A stretch of 58,563 nucleotides of DNA, from the NCBI GenBank assembly GCA_003344405.1, contig NOWV01000214.1, forward strand, positions 62,001-120,563, read 5' to 3'. Each line of letters starts with the position of its first letter. Position 1 is the stretch's first letter. The notes beneath the pieces were generated by a model. It did not search any database, was not told where the DNA came from, and saw only the letters and a list, made by a program, of their open reading frames with translations. The translations under genes and the position numbers were made by a program. This DNA is from Trichoplax sp. H2 (taxonomy: Eukaryota). Shown piece by piece: positions 26,145 through 39,786 of this stretch.

Positions 26145-26185
26145 TAGCCCTAGCCATTTTAAAGTGTGCAAAATGGCTAGGGCTA
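26145..26185. repeat. Perfect 16-bp inverted repeat with 9-nt loop
   Basis: TAGCCCTAGCCATTTT-aaagtgtgc-AAAATGGCTAGGGCTA. Confidence 0.9.
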
Positions 26186-26969
26186 TATTGAACATGGAAG
26201 AGCGGACCGAAAATGATCATTCGATGTATCAAAATGTAAACATTGACTATTTTGCTGGTCATTTCATCTGTACCGCATGTCTATGATAAATCATAATTGA
26301 TGATACATTTACATTGACCATGGTTTTCATTCAAATTGGCTGCCGAGTAGTACAGTACAGCATATTCGACTAGCATAGTAGAATGGCTAGAAAAATGTCA
26401 GGGTTGGAGCATTTTTTTAATGGCACTGGCTACTTCACATCCCACTCTCTCTCTCTTTATACTAGTTTCAGCGATGTTGATTCTGCATAGCAAAAGAAAA
26501 TAAACTACTATAATGTACAGTGTTGTAAAGATTGTATAATTCGAGACTTCCAATGTTGAGCACTGCTATAGTTAGGACTTGGATTACCAATTACTGTATA
26601 GTGAAGAGTTTTTAGGGTTGAACTTTAGAAACAAGGTATAGGTATAAGGAGAAGAACAAGTTCCACCTGTAACATGTCGTATATATCACCATCGTGCAGT
26701 ATTGTCGTGATAGACTCCTTAAATTTCTTTGATATGGATAGCTGAATGGGCTAGGAGGAGGATAGCATACTTTAATTAATTAATTAATAGGTGTATCTTT
26801 GATTAAAGTCCTTGTGCAATGATCGTGTACTCATGCACACGTAAGATCTATTCGTTCTGTACTACATACTGTACAACTGTACATCCTATCTTGACAGAGC
26901 CACTAAATAGACTAACTAAATTTCCTCGACGCCTCTAGCTAATACAGTCCAGTCCCCAGCAAGGTAACC

Positions 26970-26982
26970 GTTGCTAAGTAAC
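26970..26982. promoter_or_regulatory. RFX X-box upstream of the tektin gene
   Basis: GTTGCTAAGTAAC fits the X-box consensus GTNRCY-N(0-3)-RGYAAC, ~355 bp upstream of the ATG of a ciliary gene. Confidence 0.65.
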
Positions 26983-27335
26983 GCAGATGCCAAAATAGCA
27001 AAATAGTTGGTAAAGAGCTAGTATCGTAGCAACTATAAACACTTTGACTCCGTTTAAGTTCATCAAGTACAAAGAAAGATAGTATTATCAATATAGCGTA
27101 CTGAAGTCGCGTTTTATAGCATAAGAAACTCCTGCCTTTCTGATAGCCTTTACTGATTAATTACTAGATATTAGAAGACAATTTCTCCATCGCGTTACGA
27201 TTGTCGAACGACGCAAAAAGGAAAAAAAGAAATTTGTTACACAGTTTTGTCTACAGTGTTCTTCTGGAGCAGTAAAAAATAGTATTTCTCCCCACATTGC
27301 TACGATACCGAAATAGAAATAGTTACGCATTCATT

Positions 27336-29510
27336 ATGGCCAAATTGATGAAAACTGTGCCAGCTTACACTGTCCAGGAATGGAACGAGGATAGCCAACG
27401 TAAATATATTGAAGCTGAAAGAGAAGTGTTGAATGCTCGTCGATTACGTGAAGAAGCCCAATATTTATGTGCTGATACGGAAGTTACTACTCATCAAGCA
27501 CAGCAAAAAGTTGACCATGAACTGAATGATCGTGTCTCTAACATCCAACAAGTCAGCAATCAATTGAGTTCACAACTTCAAGCCACTAATGAAGAAATTG
27601 AAACCTTATTAAGATTCAAAGATCGGCTTGAACGTTGCTTAGGTTCAGCAACTGAGCCTACAATCGTTACTGCAAAGCGTTGTTTGGAGGAACGTGAAAA
27701 AAGAATCGGCATCGACAAAACTGTTGATAATGTTGACAAATCATTACGTGAGGTAATCAATCCTCTATCATTTCTAGATGTAGTTACACCTGATACGCAA
27801 GTTGTAACGTTATTCTACAGACTAAGCATTAATTTATGACATAGAACATTTACAGCTTTTCTGATCTTATTACTAAAATATTTTAATATAAAAAATTGAC
27901 TATATGGTCAGTATTAATGTAATCATACAAAAAAGAGTTGAATGGATGTGTAATAATAGAAACATAGGATTATCGGTAGATGAATATCTTTCGAAGGTAT
28001 TGGGTCTAATATAATTCTTTTTTTAATTTGTTATGTGTAGGAATTAACTCTAGCTCTCAATATTCAGCCGGTTTTGCAGAAAACTCTTGATGATACGATC
28101 GAACAAATAAGGTTAGCTAATGTGTCTCATAGAATAAGCTAAGCTTGTGGTGAACGCATAGAGGCACTATTTAGGTTAAGGAACTTAAAATGAACACCAA
28201 CGCTTTTTCCATTAAGAGATCAAATTAGCATCTATGTATTATAAGTATTTGAGAAATTGAGTGCCCGTGTTTAAGAATTTTCGACAAGATAAATTTATTT
28301 AACGCTTTTAGGATCGAAATAAGTTAACCGATATAGTTTTCCACACTGATAAAATTGTATTCATATATAATAAAGAGGCCACTATTACGCCTGCAATTTA
28401 ATATTTATTACTCCTTTTTATTATAATTAACTCGTAATTCGTAAAAATTTTAGGTTATTACGCTCTTGCAAAAAAGCCCTTGAAAAAGATTTACAAAATA
28501 AAAACTCAGCTCATATGATTGACTCACAATGTTCTACCCTAAAAAATTCTTCAGCTGGCCTCGGCTATCATACGGATGTTGCCAAAATAGATACTAAGTG
28601 AGTAAGCTAAGAATATAGTTATGATGTTAGTTTATGCTTGATGCCCTTGACCAACTAGGTGCAAAAATGGTAATCTTTAGCAATGTAACAACTCTATTTA
28701 GAGTTCGGTCATCCGGAATATGTCATGTTAATAATCTATTAATACTGTTTGTATTTAAATTTCTATGGTAATTTAGATCTGTTACGCCTGAAACTTGGTT
28801 AAAATTTAGTCATAAGAATGTTATTAAAGCGGAGAATGAGCGGCAAAACTCGATTGCTTTACGATCTCACATCGAGAAAGTTATCGATGAAACCGACAAG
28901 TCATTAAAGGCAGCTGATGAAAAAGTAGACAGTGCTCTTGTTGAACGCGTCGGTGAAAGTGAAGCCGCTAGAATTTATCTTGATGAACAATTAGCCCAGG
29001 TATGATTATTTCTCGAGCTAGGCTGTATAAAATGAATCGTATTGCAAATTATCACGTTTCATTACCTCATAGCTAGCTTTAATTCGAATTCGATTATCAT
29101 TAATTTAGTAACGATATTTCATTGCGGATACATTACACTAGGTTACTGGTGAAATTATGCAAATGGAAGAAAATGTCAGTGTCCTTGTGGAAGCTATTAG
29201 AAGGAAATATCCTAATATGCAAATAGCACAGACTCGTTTGAGTTACCGTTCTAAGCGCCCTGATATTGAGCTATGTCGCGATCCTGTTCAGTATCGTCTT
29301 CTTGATGAAGTTGGCCAAATTAATGCTTCTGTCGAAATATTACAACAAAAGTTACAAGAATCTGAAGCATCACTTAAAAATCTCCGTCGACATCAGTTAG
29401 CTTTGGATGATGAAATAAGTGTTAAAGCAACAACACTCTCTATTGATCGTGATTTTTGTCTCCGGTTACGATCTGAACTTAGTCAAAAACTTGCTAACAG
29501 ATACTTGTAA
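27336..29510 (+). CDS. TEKT1: Tektin (tektin-1-like), 407 aa, 5 exons (27336-27752, 28041-28111, 28454-28597, 28777-28999, 29142-29510)
   Basis: Tektin signature RPDIELCRD, CLEEREKRIGID, AQTRL and coiled-coil character. The short N-terminus MAKLMKTVPAYTVQEW resembles tektin-1. Exons total 1224 nt in frame. Paralog assignment is less sure than the family call. Confidence 0.9.
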
Positions 29511-30873
29511 ATAAAACAAAAGTTAGTAAGTAATAGATTGAATTTCCCTACAGGCTAGCAAGGATAAAATCGTAGCTTAAGGGATATTCTCACATTTCAC
29601 CAATTCAAATGCGAATTAAGATTGTTCTGATACTATAAACGATGATAAGGTTATCTTGACGTTATTGACGTACTTTATTAATGCGCATATACCAAAGAAG
29701 GTAGCTGCTTATATGAACTTCTTTATTTTGCTTTTACATTAATTCTTATAGATTACTACATGTAAACATTAGCATGTCTTAAATTATAATGGATTAGAAT
29801 GGATAGTATGTCATGAGGCTTCGTTAATTGTAAATTAAATGAATTTGGCTCGTAAACCGTATAATCAAAGAAAAATCTTTATTAAGTATGAGTAAGGCTA
29901 TTAGAGCCTAGTAATGCCGTTTACTTATAAAGAGTTATAATTTCAGTTTTAAATATCAGTTAGTAATATCAGATTAAATTGAATGAAATGAGCCATTTAT
30001 ATAGTGTTACTTAAATTATATCCCGACTACATGTGTATTTAAATGCTTTACATGTTATTACTATCGGGCTACTCTGCCAATACTACCCTTGCCAAAAATA
30101 AAAATTATTTGTTTTGTTTGCCTACATTTATGTCAAAAATTATTATATGCTCGTAGATTACATAATTTTAGTTGATACGCAACTTATTTTGACATAAGCA
30201 ACATCAGATTTTAAAGTCTTTTATTTAAAAAATCCATTATGAAGGCTTAATGTAAATAGTGCTGTATTTGGTATCAGTTGCAGGATTGAGAACAACTTGT
30301 AGAATAGAAAATTTATTAAATTAACAACGAGTTAGATTCTATGGATATAGGTTTATAAATGTAGAATCTAGGATTTTGCTTGCTGAAATCAAGTGAATCT
30401 ATTATCAGCGAGCAAAATTGTAGTTGACCGATTATGATGCTATTGAAATAACTTCAAGCAAATTACTTGGTAAAGATTTATTGACAAAAAGGGGTATTTT
30501 CGAGAAAATTGCATCTACATGCAGTCAATTGTAATCAAGTTAAATAGTTAATTAAAATTCTTGGATGTTTAAGTTGTTATGAAATTAACTTAAAAGAAAG
30601 GTTATTCGTACTTCTATAAAGTACCAAACTCTTCTATTAATTAAGCATGTATGATATAGCTGTTTTGTTACATAGAGTCACAGTATATTGTAATATCTTC
30701 CTGCGCTACACCTCTATAACTGTATATACACAAAATTAATAAAGTTTAATTGATTCTGTTCCTAGATTAAAATCAGTAAATACATATGACGATTTATCTA
30801 TACAGCGTGCAGTAAAAATAAATAAACTTTTATAAATTTTAGTGATAAGGTTGATCCAGAGCATTTCTTTACA

Positions 30874-32703
30874 TTACTGGTTGCCTTCTTCTTGATCAAG
30901 TATTTCCTCAACGGAACTCATATCCTCAAATTGACTGAGATGAAATTTAGCAACCTATTTAGAGATATCAAATTACTTTTAGGATATGTGTTTCTACGTA
31001 CAGCGATCGCTTGCCGATGAAAATTTTTACCTGGCTTAGCGTTATAGCTCTGATAGTTCTGTAGCCAAATATGATCTCGATGACTAGAAATACTGACATA
31101 ATAATATTACACGAAAACTCGATGGGAACAATTGTAGTGTTAAAGTTAGCAACTAAGAATAGGTTTAGAGGTAATTGGATAACCAGTGTTAATAACCAAA
31201 ATCCTGCTAATTCTGGAACCTAAACAAACGGATATATAGATATTTATTTTAAACTTTGATGAAATCATGTCGGATATTAAAATTAACTTTACTAGTTAAA
31301 ATTCGATTGAAATTTAGATTGTATAATATGATAATCTTGTGCCTATTTCAAGCATACCTTTTCTTGTAAATTGCCTAAATATCCTAAGTATAACCGAATA
31401 CTTTCTACTATTCCAAGAAAGGCATAGGCAGCTACGGTTAAAAACTGGTATACGAAGCCAATGCTTGAAAACTGTGTACCATAAGGTGGTTTAAAGACGA
31501 TGAATTAGACATTTTAAAAGAATTAATACGTTATATCAATTATTGGACTATTTAACTTTGATTTTATAGTGCTATTTAATATGCGTTGATGCTCATTGAT
31601 ATGATAGGTAGTAAATCTGATACCTTGCAGTTATTAATTTTTTTTCTCAATATGAAAGAGTAACGCAATGAAACAGTTGAGAGAATTAATTCTGCTCAAA
31701 TTGCATGTGTAATGGTAGAATATCGCCGTTATGGTAATTTTGAGGATATAGAGAGCATAAGAATGATTGCAAAAATTGTTTGGAGAGTGACAGTATATAT
31801 ATATTTCTTTTAGATACTTAAGTATCCATCCTCATAGATTGACTGTAATAACTTGACAGTACAAGCCATAATTTTAGTTAATTTATTCTTACAGGCGAAG
31901 AGATAGCATCCTCCTTTTAACATGATTAATCACATTGATTCATGGTATCATCATTTACTACACCTATGATAAAGATTAAGGATAGCAATTGTACATAATT
32001 GTGTGCTATATTTTTCATCGTTGTGATCGCACATATTAGTCCTTGTCTGAATTGCACTTGCTGTACACAAGAATATGCTTGTTTATGTTTAGTGATACAT
32101 AGTAGCATCATTTTATTGCGCGCGTGATTAGCATTGCTAAAAATAATATATGATAATATGCTATTTATTCATGATAGCGCTCATAGATACTAGCTTCTAC
32201 CTTGATGGTACTTACTCTATAGGAGAACATGATTGCGCAGGTTAAGAACCAGAAGGGTGCATAGCAGGCATTAAAATATAACAACATCTGCAAGGGTAAA
32301 CTGGATACAAGTTCATTGCCTGAAATAACAATAAATCGTGTTGTCTTCTTTTTCAACTGATAAATGTATTCTATCGGATTCCTTATATCCAACAATCAAC
32401 TTCACGTTTATGCAGATATGACAGAGAGCTTTTAATATGATACGTAGATCGTTATAGCAAGAAAAGACGATTACACGCATTATTAGCTATATTCAGTTCT
32501 ACGCATTCATATCTATGATAACAAGGTAAAATATCCCTCTCTATCAAAAGTATTGATGATAAGAGAAGAAAGTACAGTCAATGGAGTAATTGAAACTTAC
32601 CAACTTGTAGGGCGTAGTGTTTACGTATTTTGGGAATATTTTTGGTATCTGGAAAGACAGTATTTGCTACAGAAACGAGAGCACTCCTAGCTCTCAGTGC
32701 CAT
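30874..32703 (-). CDS. TMEM17: Transmembrane protein 17 (ciliary transition zone), 196 aa, 5 exons (32601-32703, 32216-32319, 31358-31471, 31031-31219, 30874-30954)
   Basis: GNELVSSLPLQMLLYFNACYAPFW; ESIRLYLGYLGNLQEK|VPELAGFWLL; AKFHLSQF. Exons total 591 nt in frame. Confidence 0.92.
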
Positions 32704-33109
32704 AATGTTGATGTTATTGATGGATCGTGTATCCTGTCTATAGAATGCTGTCTACGTTGAAACTGTGCAGTTATCCTTGATAATTTATTTTTGTTATCCG
32801 TCCGTCTACTGGCACTTACTCAATCCTTTCATGGTGACGCTTTCCTATCAACTATTATTACGGTTATAACTGAATTCACCACTTTGATCACGATTAGTAA
32901 TATTATTGCTGGTTCAGTTTTACTAAATTGAATTAGAATCACTATTGAAGTTGGATTGGAATAGATTGGAGGAGAAGTCTACCGATCATAGTAGTACTGA
33001 TACTCTTTCCATCATTAGTATTTCATACCGTACACTGTCTAAGCTGTCCCAGTGAGCATTTACGTATAGTGAAACAGCGCGCCGCGCCGCAGTCTGAAGT
33101 TCTTCACTG

Positions 33110-33122
33110 GTTGCTAGGTAAC
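33110..33122. promoter_or_regulatory. RFX X-box between the divergent TMEM17 and TBCE genes
   Basis: GTTGCTAGGTAAC, ~407 bp upstream of the TMEM17 ATG. Confidence 0.7.
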
Positions 33123-33876
33123 AGTCAAGTCAAATCAGTCATAGTCTCATACATGACCGTAGGATAACTCATGTGATAGGGTTACCTGGTTAAGTACCTA
33201 GTACAGTATAGATCATGACGTACCAGGAGGTGAGCATGCGTATTTGTATCTTTCCGGAAATTCCTGAGGTGAAATATTAGACGGCTTTAGACCGATATGA
33301 TATGGGCGTGACGAGAGCTCTAGATCATAAGCAAATTCTGCAGTTTAGCTGTTATTAAATTAATTAATTAATTTCTACCATAATGTAATGAAGTTCTCCA
33401 GAGATTTACTTTAATGTTGGTTCAAATTCTACTTGAGCAAATCCGTACAACCTTGAATAGTTAATTACTGCCAATAACGGTAAACTATAGTATTAATTCA
33501 ATTACTGCATACTGTTGCAGTTATCAGCCATGCGTCAGCAATGCACTCTTAAGATCTCCAACAGTATCTTATCAATATCTCCCTTTGATTCTACTGTACA
33601 GTATATTGGCCAAACGATAACTCATGCTCCGAATCGTGTAGATGCACCACGACGGATACATGCAGTAGCAGCTTCTCCTTATTAAAGACTGTACAGTGAG
33701 TGTATACTAGCAGTTCTCATACTCGGAGTTTATTTCTGAGCATATTATAATATAAAACTACGATCTCTTCACTACAATCGTTCTTGTCATCTCTCACTGC
33801 GATCTCAGCTAATGTTTAGCCCTCTAAACCTAGCGAATACGCGTCCATTAATTAGCATGATATTAAAACGAATGTT

Positions 33877-34084
33877 TTGAGCGCCATACCGGCCCAAGCA
33901 AACCACTTCATTGAAGGGGTATCCGTATGCCATAGTAGAAGGACGATAGTGTATTATACCGGACTTGTGACTTCTACCGTACACCATCCAAACGGAAACG
34001 ACACATTTTCCCTTCGTACGGACGGTACGGACACCTCAAGGTGCAACGTTGCAACTTGTTCGTTGAGTACTCGTATGACGTCAA
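33877..34084 (-). ncRNA. Candidate structured non-coding RNA (long rod-like fold-back), family unknown
   Basis: GC-richer island whose two halves pair through several stacked helices. Six helix mismatches are A-C on the plus strand, i.e. G-U on the minus strand. Confidence 0.4.
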
Positions 34085-34246
34085 GCATTTAGCTATTGGA
34101 CTCCACGGGTACACAGGGTGATACTGTAGTCTAGTGTACTGTATAGTCTGTACGGCAGATTAGAGACGTAATAGTACGTAGTCGTTGCAGGCAGGCATGA
34201 TTTGAAATCTTATTGATCGATGATTAATCGGCGGCTTGGATAAAAA

Positions 34247-37200
34247 ATGGCTAGCGAGGATAACAGTGCTCAGATTGGTCAAAGACTGGAATACGATGGC
34301 TATTATGCAGTGATTAAATTTATAGGCGAGATAGAGGCTAGTAAAGGTATGATTTGACTTCAAAAGGGCTAACGATATCGAGTAGAATTGAAGTAAAGTA
34401 TAGTATAATATGCCCTGAAATGATCGTCTTTGATGACCGTTAATGTTGTAGTAAACAATTCACATGGACGAGATGGTTTGAGGTCTTGCTTTCTTGACAT
34501 GATGTTCATCTATTTAGTGTTTAGTGTCGTAGTGGATGATGGTAAATGTTCAAATGCAATTTCTACAGCACTTTATCATTCCTATCAAGTAGTATTATTT
34601 TGGTTGATATGTTACTGCTGTAGGCATGATTATGTAAACAGAGTCCAATTACTCCAGTATCTTTATCTTGATGATTAAGTGAATGAATAATCCAATCCAT
34701 CATCCTAAATCTTATTCTACACTATTCTCCACTATCCTAGATAGTGGGAGTGTACAGTAAAACATAATAACATTGTACCACTATAGAGCACAGTAGAGGT
34801 TATCATGACAAATAAGGATACCGTGATGGTTGAGAAGTCCTATAAACAGTATCAATATTATGGGATTCGTTGCAGACATTGTACAGTATATACTGTAGAC
34901 ACGTATAGACAGTATAAGTAAAACGAAGATCATAATAAATGAGTAATCAAACAGTATTAACTATCTTTTTAGTTTTGAGTACCATGTACGAGTTTCTGCT
35001 AATGCATGTAGTGCAAGTATTGCTGACTTATTACTGCTAGTCAATAAGGCGTAATTAAAGCTCGATAGGGTAGCAATAAATATTTAAAATGAGTACTTTA
35101 TTAGGTATTTGGTATGGTGTAGAATGGGATGATGCAGAAAGAGGAAAGCATAGCGGTAACCACAAAGGTGTGCAGTATTTTCAGTGCAGGTAGGCCACCA
35201 AGATCGAATCCAACTGATAATGAATATATTATTACCATTTTGATGGACGTTTCATTTACTAAATAGTCACTAAAACACTTTTGATATTATGCTTGTTTAT
35301 TACGAATATTCTAGTATACCCAACAGTGGCTCATTTGTTAGGCCTAAACGAGTAAACTTAGGCTGTTCCTTTGTCACAGCATTAAAAGAACGCTATGGAA
35401 CTGTTGAAGATACTAATAATGATTCAATGTATGTAACTGGAGCTAATAATCAGTTGACCAAAGTTGAAATCATAGGAGCTGACAAAATTGGAGAATTACA
35501 GAGGTAAGCCAATGCAAATACTACATAATAATGTAACATTATTCTTATTGACTGTACTACATTAGTATAGATTATAAAGTCGTTAACAGATTTATTAAAT
35601 TCTATTTGATGTTGGTATCGGTCAACACTAACTATTGACTACTGTAGTCTTGTAGTAAGATGCATGCACGATATTTACTGTATTTGTTAAAATAAATTCT
35701 CGCTGATATTTTTAAAAAAATTGATGCTAGTTTATTAGCATAAGCTAGCACCAATAGATTATCACATCTTCGTTACGTTTATTGTCACTAATTGACTGTG
35801 CGATATATTGTTTTTATTCTATCTTCTATTCATATGTTTCATTTTACATTTAAAATTGGAAAAAACTGAATATGGTCTGTTTTGTTTAGCCAATTAGATA
35901 AACTAGATATTGTGGGTTTGCGTGAAATGATGATTAATTGTGCTGGTACTGATGGAGAGATTACAAGCATTTCGCCAAGTAGGTTACATAAGAATACTAA
36001 TAAGAGAATTTCAAATGATATTAAGTCTATATTGCGATAAAGTTGTAAGTACAGTAATATATAAGCTTAATTCTTTATTGTAGCTAGCTTTCACACGAGA
36101 CTATCGCTGAATTGTACACTGCCTGACTATTGATACTTAATCGATGACAGGAAAACTTCGAAGAATCAAATACTATTATTTAGTTATGTTTTCCATTTTA
36201 CAGATCTTATTAGTGTGGACATCTCCAGAAACCTATTTAATAGTTGGAAAGCTGTAGCTGATATCACTGTTCAGTTGCGTAACCTAAAGACACTAAATGT
36301 TAGGTAATTGGATGAATGTATATACATGTGTATGTGCACTATTCATTACAAGACGAATATAGTGCTTATTATTACTGATGCCCGCTCTTAATCAAAAATA
36401 GCATTTAACAATCGTATTTGTGTTATAATTTCCGACAGTTCTAATCGGCTTAGTCTACCTATGGATCCAGAAAGTTTACGCAGTGCCTTTCAAAATTTGA
36501 CACAACTTTTTATTAATGACTTAAATGTGGCTTGGGATTATGTAAATTACTAAATCTTTGTATAATTATCATATAATTAATGTAGCCTATTGCTTGTATA
36601 ATTCTGTTTTGAAATTAAATTTATCGTAGATTGATTCGGCGTCGGTAATGTGGCCAAATTTGAAAGAGTTGCATGTGTGCCAAAATAATATCACTGAGAT
36701 TAGGTTAGTGCCTTCAATCAAGCTATTTCAATACCACTTAGGCTGTTTTCAGGTATACTCGTATTGAGATTAATCTAGCAAGATTACTAATAGTAAAAAT
36801 CTATTTTTATGTTGTTTAGTAACGTGTCCGTTCGTAATTTCTCTCGACTTGAGTTGCTTAATCTGGAGAAAAATCAAATATCAGAATGGAATGATATACT
36901 TAAATTGTCTGCTCTCCCAAGGTATGGTCATTTCGATCGTTTCCTTTAAAATATTATTTTTACGGGTATTCATACTTACGATGTGGATTGAGATTGCAAA
37001 ATTTTTGTTTTTTTAAAATAAACTTAATAGGCTTAAATCGCTAATTTTAAATGAAAATCGAATACGGAAGATTGATATGAAGCGTGATGGTTCGTTCTCT
37101 ATTTATAATCAGCACTATGTTTAGGCTAACATCAACTAGTTGCATTTTGATGTGATTATAGATCATATTGTTAATGTATGTCTTTCTATTAATCCATCTA

Positions 37201-38957
37201 TGTTTTACGCCAGTTATCGTAAATTTCGTCAACATGTATAATTCATAGTAAAATTGAAATCTCATGCAGAGGCTTTAACCATCTAGACATTTCTGCACAA
37301 CTATTTTATAAGGATAACTTATAGAAAAGTAATTATTATAAGATGTTAAATATGCGTAGTTGTATTATGTGATATACTTTCACAGTGCTATATCACACTG
37401 TCAAAATGATGTCCACTATTGTTTTTAGCGAGTTTAACGTCGCATTTAAAACTTCTAGAATTTATGTTCTATCAAATATTATACTTTGAATGATGCAATT
37501 GTATATCTATATCACTATGAATCGTCTTGAATTATTAGAAAATGACGAAGAGTTTTTCTCGAACCTGACGTCTTTATCTTTATATCGAAACTTAATTGAT
37601 GAGGTCAGATACAAGATGCATTTTAATCTGACAATTGCAGCGATTTGTAATGTGAATCATTAATGTATGTCACAATTTAACAGTGGGATCCAGTCAACAG
37701 TCTGAATGAATTACCTGGACTGACTGAATTGAGGTTTAAATTCAATCCAGTTATAGAGCGTAAGTAATGAATTTCTTGTATTTTGATAAGTCTATTTAAG
37801 CTAGCTTCCTAAACGAGTTTCTTGAATAAAAATTTTTGTGAATGTTGAATTTAGAAATTTCTGACCCTCGTCAAAGCTTAATTGCTAGATTAAAGAGCAT
37901 TAAGGCCGTGAATGGTAGCAGTATTTCAAGTAAAGAGCGGATGGATGCTGAAATGACATACATGAAAGACCATGCACCCGAGTTCTACCAATCTGGTGGG
38001 CATCAAGAAGTAGAAGAAATTAACTGTACAGCGGAATTTTTGATGCGGCATCCAAGATTTTTGGAACTTGTCAAAGGTACTAATTTATACGTCTACGTTA
38101 TGTTATCCGGAAAACTGAATTATTAGTCGTTGACAAAGGATATATGCATCGTAACTTTGATATTGGCGATCGTTCTTAGCATTTCCTCTGTTTATATTTA
38201 GAATACGGACCTCCTACTGATCCTAAGTTTATGATCATTAATAAATCCTTGAAAGATAGGCTTATTCGTGCGTTGCCTACGACTACTTTGATGTTAAATA
38301 TTGTAATTTGGTTAATTGATCTTACAGTTGTTTCAATACTCCAATGTTAAATTTTCATTATCCAGGAGTAAACATTGTGTGTCCTGGCCGATCAGAGATC
38401 AAACCAGTAGTCAAAAAATTACCAGGTATATGCAATGATACCGTATCTATAATAGTTTATCATAGTTTAGTATACTTGCTGTACATATATTGGAAAAAAG
38501 TGAATATGATTTACTGAATGAAGACATCATGTAGGTTAATTTGATGATTTCTGTTACATATATTTCTTTTTGTATTAAAATTGTAGGATCAATTACTGTA
38601 TTGAAGCTTAAAAGCTTGTTCCGTAGGCTGTTTAATGCTGATATCACAACTATGAAACTAACTTATTGTGATCGTCCGGTTAGTAAAATATAGTCTGATG
38701 AGTTATGGTACATATAATGTTATTATACATAATGTATTGTATACCGTATTTCAAATAATGTTGTAATAATAGTGATTAATGCCCATAAGCTATAAAACTA
38801 ACCAGAGAACTGGTTAGCAAATCTTTTGTTTTCTTAATTTTTTCAATTTGATATTAAATGATAGGATTGTCCTGAAATTAGAATGAGCGATAATTTACGA
38901 GAAATGTCGTTTTACTCCATTGAAAATGATAATACAATATATGTTCGCTGGAAGTGA
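34247..38957 (+). CDS. TBCE: Tubulin-specific chaperone E (CAP-Gly, LRR, ubiquitin-like), ~16 exons
   Basis: Exon 1 34247-34346 [34 protein letters not shown]; exon 2 35105-35189 [42 protein letters not shown] exons; [28 protein letters not shown]; ends IYVRWK-stop at 38955-38957. Confidence 0.93.
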
Positions 38958-39786
38958 TCAAATTACAAGGGTATCAACGCTATTACCGAAATTTGATTGT
39001 TAAACTTTTGAACATGTTCTGCGTGCCATTTACTGACATTTTAACTGTTAGTATGAAGTGTAAAAAAGTAGCATTCTTTTACTTATTCGTACGTACCAAT
39101 TTTAATGTACCGTTAGAAAAATCTAGTATACATATGTATTCTTAGCGATGAATCATATAAATGGTATAAAAATATCTTGTTACTAGGAAATAATAAATCA
39201 AAATGCAATGCCTCTAAAATTCATACCTGGTGCGTGCTACTGAATGTATTTGATTTCGCTGCAGAAGTAGTAATGAGAAGCAATGTTGGACATGTTATAA
39301 TTCACTCACTCAGCATTTAAAATAAAACATTTTCGAAGATTATTAACAACATTGAAATAGCACTATAATCATATTTACGTATAACAAGCTGGAGCGATAT
39401 CTCATTGTAGTCCAAATTACATTCAATTCTTTATTATAAAGATCAGTTATTTACAAGTTTTCCTATAACCAGTTCGCGGTGATAAGAGTCGATTACATAT
39501 AAAATTTAAATATCCAAAGATATCTGAAATATTTTCTATAGAATGTATCCTAAGAATATATTTTTTAGTTTACTTCGTTTTGTGACTATTACGTTTGATA
39601 GAATTCATCGAGTTCTGACAAGCGTCAACTGCTTTAATTTGAATTATACAAGAGCTATACATTTTGTCGAGCAATTGTACAATATTTACAAACATCACAG
39701 TGATAAAGTTAGGGACAAGGCCATTCTGTAAGAGACAAAAATGAAACAACAATGATGATAGCATGTAACAATCAGGCATTCAGTAA

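Noticed and set aside
33177..33186. TAACCCTA (minus strand) as a telomerase RNA template linked to the 33877-34084 hairpin
   Set aside because: Only 8 nt, and it lies ~700 nt 3' of the hairpin; a template would be expected near the 5' end.
33993..34000. CGGAAACG resembling the SRP RNA helix 8 loop
   Set aside because: The flanking CAGG/AGCAG motif and the Alu domain are absent, and it lies on the strand that folds worse.
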